Shown: one piece after another, positions 47,102 to 48,820 of the stretch
How positions within the stretch are numbered: position 1 is the first letter of the stretch
How the letters are laid out: the number at the start of each line of letters is the position of its first letter
Source: Janthinobacterium sp.
GTDB lineage: Bacteria > Pseudomonadota > Gammaproteobacteria > Burkholderiales > Burkholderiaceae_D
Direction of reading: 5' to 3'
NCBI GenBank assembly: GCA_047623125.1
Contig: JBLHNV010000001.1
Location: 1-48,820, forward strand
Length of the DNA: 48,820 nt
Translations under genes and position numbers: made by a program
Notes under the pieces: model-generated
Told to the model about the DNA's origin: nothing
The model's input: only the letters and a program-made list of their open reading frames with translations
The model's database searches: none

Positions 47102-48366
47102 TTTGGTTGCTTCTTGAATAATTCGCGGAAGACCGGATAGATGTCGGCTGGCGTGACGATTTTTTTCATCGCAAAATGCGGGTGGTGGTCGGCTACTTGC
47201 GTGTATTGTTCCCACAGGTTTTGCGGCGGGCCGTCCGTGATCTCGACATAGGTGTAGTACTGCACCTTCGGCATGAGGGTATTGATCAGCAACTGTCGGC
47301 ACAGTATCGAATCGTTGTCCCAGTTGTCGCCGTCCGACGCTTGCGCCACATAGCTGTTCCACTGGCCCGGTGCATAGCGCTCGTCGATGACCGTATTGAG
47401 CAAATTGAGGGCCGAAGACACCACGGTGCCGCCCGATTCGCGCGACGTGAAAAAATCATTTTCGTCGACCTCGGTCGCGGCCGTGTGATGGCGAATGAAG
47501 ATCACGTCAATCTTGTCGTAAGCCCGCTTCAGGAACAGGTACAACAGAATGAAGAAGCGCTTGGCCGTGTCCTTGCGGGTTTCGTCCATCGAACCGGACA
47601 CGTCCATGATGCAAAACATCACGGCCTGGCTCATCGGCTTGGGCACCTTGACGCGGTTGCTGTAACGCAGGTCGAACGGATCGATGAACGGGATCGCCAG
47701 CAAGCGCGTATGCAGATGTTGAATCAGGCGCCGCAGTTCGATCACGTGCGCATCGCTTTCCGGCATGTCCTGTGCCATCAATTGCGTCAGCGTTGTTTCG
47801 GCTTCGATGATGCTTTTGCGGGACGTGCCGCCAACGGCAATGCGCCGGCCCAGCGCGCCGCGCAGCGAGCGCAGTATGTGGATGTTTGATGGCGTGCCCG
47901 TCATGTTGTAACCAGCGCGCTGGTTCTTGAATTCGGTGGTGGATGTCAACTGCGTCTTGATCATGCGTGGCAGTTCAAGATCTTCGAAGAAATAATTCAT
48001 GAATTCTTCGCGCGACAATTCAAAAATGAAATCGTCTTCGCTGGTCTGGTCGCTGTTGCCGGCCTTGCCGCGGCCAGAACCGGCGCCGCCTTTCGGGCGG
48101 CTGATTTGATCGCCTTTCTGGTATTCCCGGTTACCGGGTGTGACGGTTTCCCATACGCCGCCGTGCGCGTGGCCAAAGTTGGGTTCACCCACGTCCTTGA
48201 CCGGAATTGTGATTTTTTCACCACTTTCAAGGTCGGTGATCGAACGCCCCTTGATGGCGCGTCCGACGGCGTCCTTGATCTGGCTCTTGTAGCGCCTCAA
48301 GAAGCGTTCGCGATTGATCGCGGACTTGTTCTTGCCCTGTAATCGACGGTCGATGAGGTAAGTCAA
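47098..48366 (-). CDS. yeaH: YeaH/YhbH (DUF444) vWA-like protein
   Basis: AGGAGG RBS plus TTG; IDRRLQGKNKS, MDVSGSM, ESGGT, SDGDNW motifs. Confidence 0.92.
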   Translation of the reverse strand: MTYLIDRRLQGKNKSAINRERFLRRYKSQIKDAVGRAIKGRSITDLESGEKITIPVKDVGEPNFGHAHGGVWETVTPGNREYQKGDQISRPKGGAGSGRGKAGNSDQTSEDDFIFELSREEFMNYFFEDLELPRMIKTQLTSTTEFKNQRAGYNMTGTPSNIHILRSLRGALGRRIAVGGTSRKSIIEAETTLTQLMAQDMPESDAHVIELRRLIQHLHTRLLAIPFIDPFDLRYSNRVKVPKPMSQAVMFCIMDVSGSMDETRKDTAKRFFILLYLFLKRAYDKIDVIFIRHHTAATEVDENDFFTSRESGGTVVSSALNLLNTVIDERYAPGQWNSYVAQASDGDNWDNDSILCRQLLINTLMPKVQYYTYVEITDGPPQNLWEQYTQVADHHPHFAMKKIVTPADIYPVFRELFKKQPK

Positions 48367-48403
48367 AACATGCCTCCTGCTGATGGTCGCCGCATGGTGG
48401 AAT

Positions 48404-48448
48404 CGGCCCGGCTTGCCATGCCATGCCATGCCATGCCATGCCGGGCCG
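48404..48448. repeat. (TGCCA)5 microsatellite enclosed by a 9-bp inverted repeat
   Basis: CGGCCCGGC (48404-48412), TGCCA x5 (48414-48438), GCCGGGCCG (48440-48448). Confidence 0.85.
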
Positions 48449-48465
48449 GCTGTCGCGTACCCGTG

Positions 48466-48820
48466 CTAAGACGATTTTCTGACGCGTAAATACCATTCGC
48501 ACAGCAGCCGCACCTGTTTGGCTGTATACCCTTTTTCGACCATGCGTGCGACGAAATCGGCATGCTTGTTGGCATCGTCGGCGCTGGCTTTGGCGTTGAA
48601 CGAAATCACCGGCAGCAATTCCTCCGTGTTCGAGAACATCTTTTTCTCGATGACTGTGCGGAATTTTTCATAGCTGGTCCAGGCCGGATTCTTGCCGCCG
48701 TTCGATGCGCGCGCGCGCAAGCCGAAATTGACGATCTCGTTGCGGAAATCCTTGGGATTTGAAATGCCGGCCGGCTTCTCGATCTTTTCCAGTTCGCTGT
48801 TGAGCGAATCGCGGTCGAAA
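48466..48820 (-). CDS. yeaG: PrkA/YeaG serine kinase, C-terminal part (5' end outside window)
   Basis: ELEKIEKPAGISNPKDFRNEIVNF...WTSYEK...EDLLPV-like EELLPVISF...KQVRLLCEWYLRVRKSS; canonical yeaG-yeaH-ycgB order. Confidence 0.92.
   Translation of the reverse strand, partial: FDRDSLNSELEKIEKPAGISNPKDFRNEIVNFGLRARASNGGKNPAWTSYEKFRTVIEKKMFSNTEELLPVISFNAKASADDANKHADFVARMVEKGYTAKQVRLLCEWYLRVRKSS

Noticed and set aside
45572-48820. prkA-yeaH-spoVR as a novel system
   Set aside because: A widely conserved, already described triad with nothing unusual in the coding sequence here.

Overview
48.8 kb of GC-rich betaproteobacterial chromosome; gene content and order suggest Oxalobacteraceae/Burkholderiales (inference). 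Left third: porin-livK divergent from livHMGF, phasin, DMT transporter, nitroreductase, pbpG, IclR regulator, dgkA, tas, and NUDIX-aat-bpt-pyrD. An initiator-type tRNA-Met (16992-17068) is followed by a ~13 kb accessory amide/urea-scavenging locus. It comprises a permease-fused hybrid histidine kinase with a REC-LuxR regulator, divergent from urtABCDE-amiE-[84-aa Cys-rich ORF]-fmdA-fmdB. Next come xdhC-DMT-alkA, an M48/PDZ lipoprotein with a degenerate zinc motif, ribF-ileS-lspA-coaBC-dut, tonB-exbB-exbD-exbD-TPR with a Fur-box-like site, and prkA(yeaG)-yeaH-spoVR(ycgB). I saw no integrase, transposase, CRISPR array or rRNA. The best novelty candidate is the amide locus: a transporter-like sensor with an 8-Cys module, an unassigned Cys-rich small protein, and readable candidate cis-elements (NtrC/sigma54, a palindromic operator, a PhaR-like box). 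Other leads are a U1:A72 initiator tRNA, a probable M48 pseudo-peptidase and several structured-RNA candidates. All calls were made by eye; no database searches were run.
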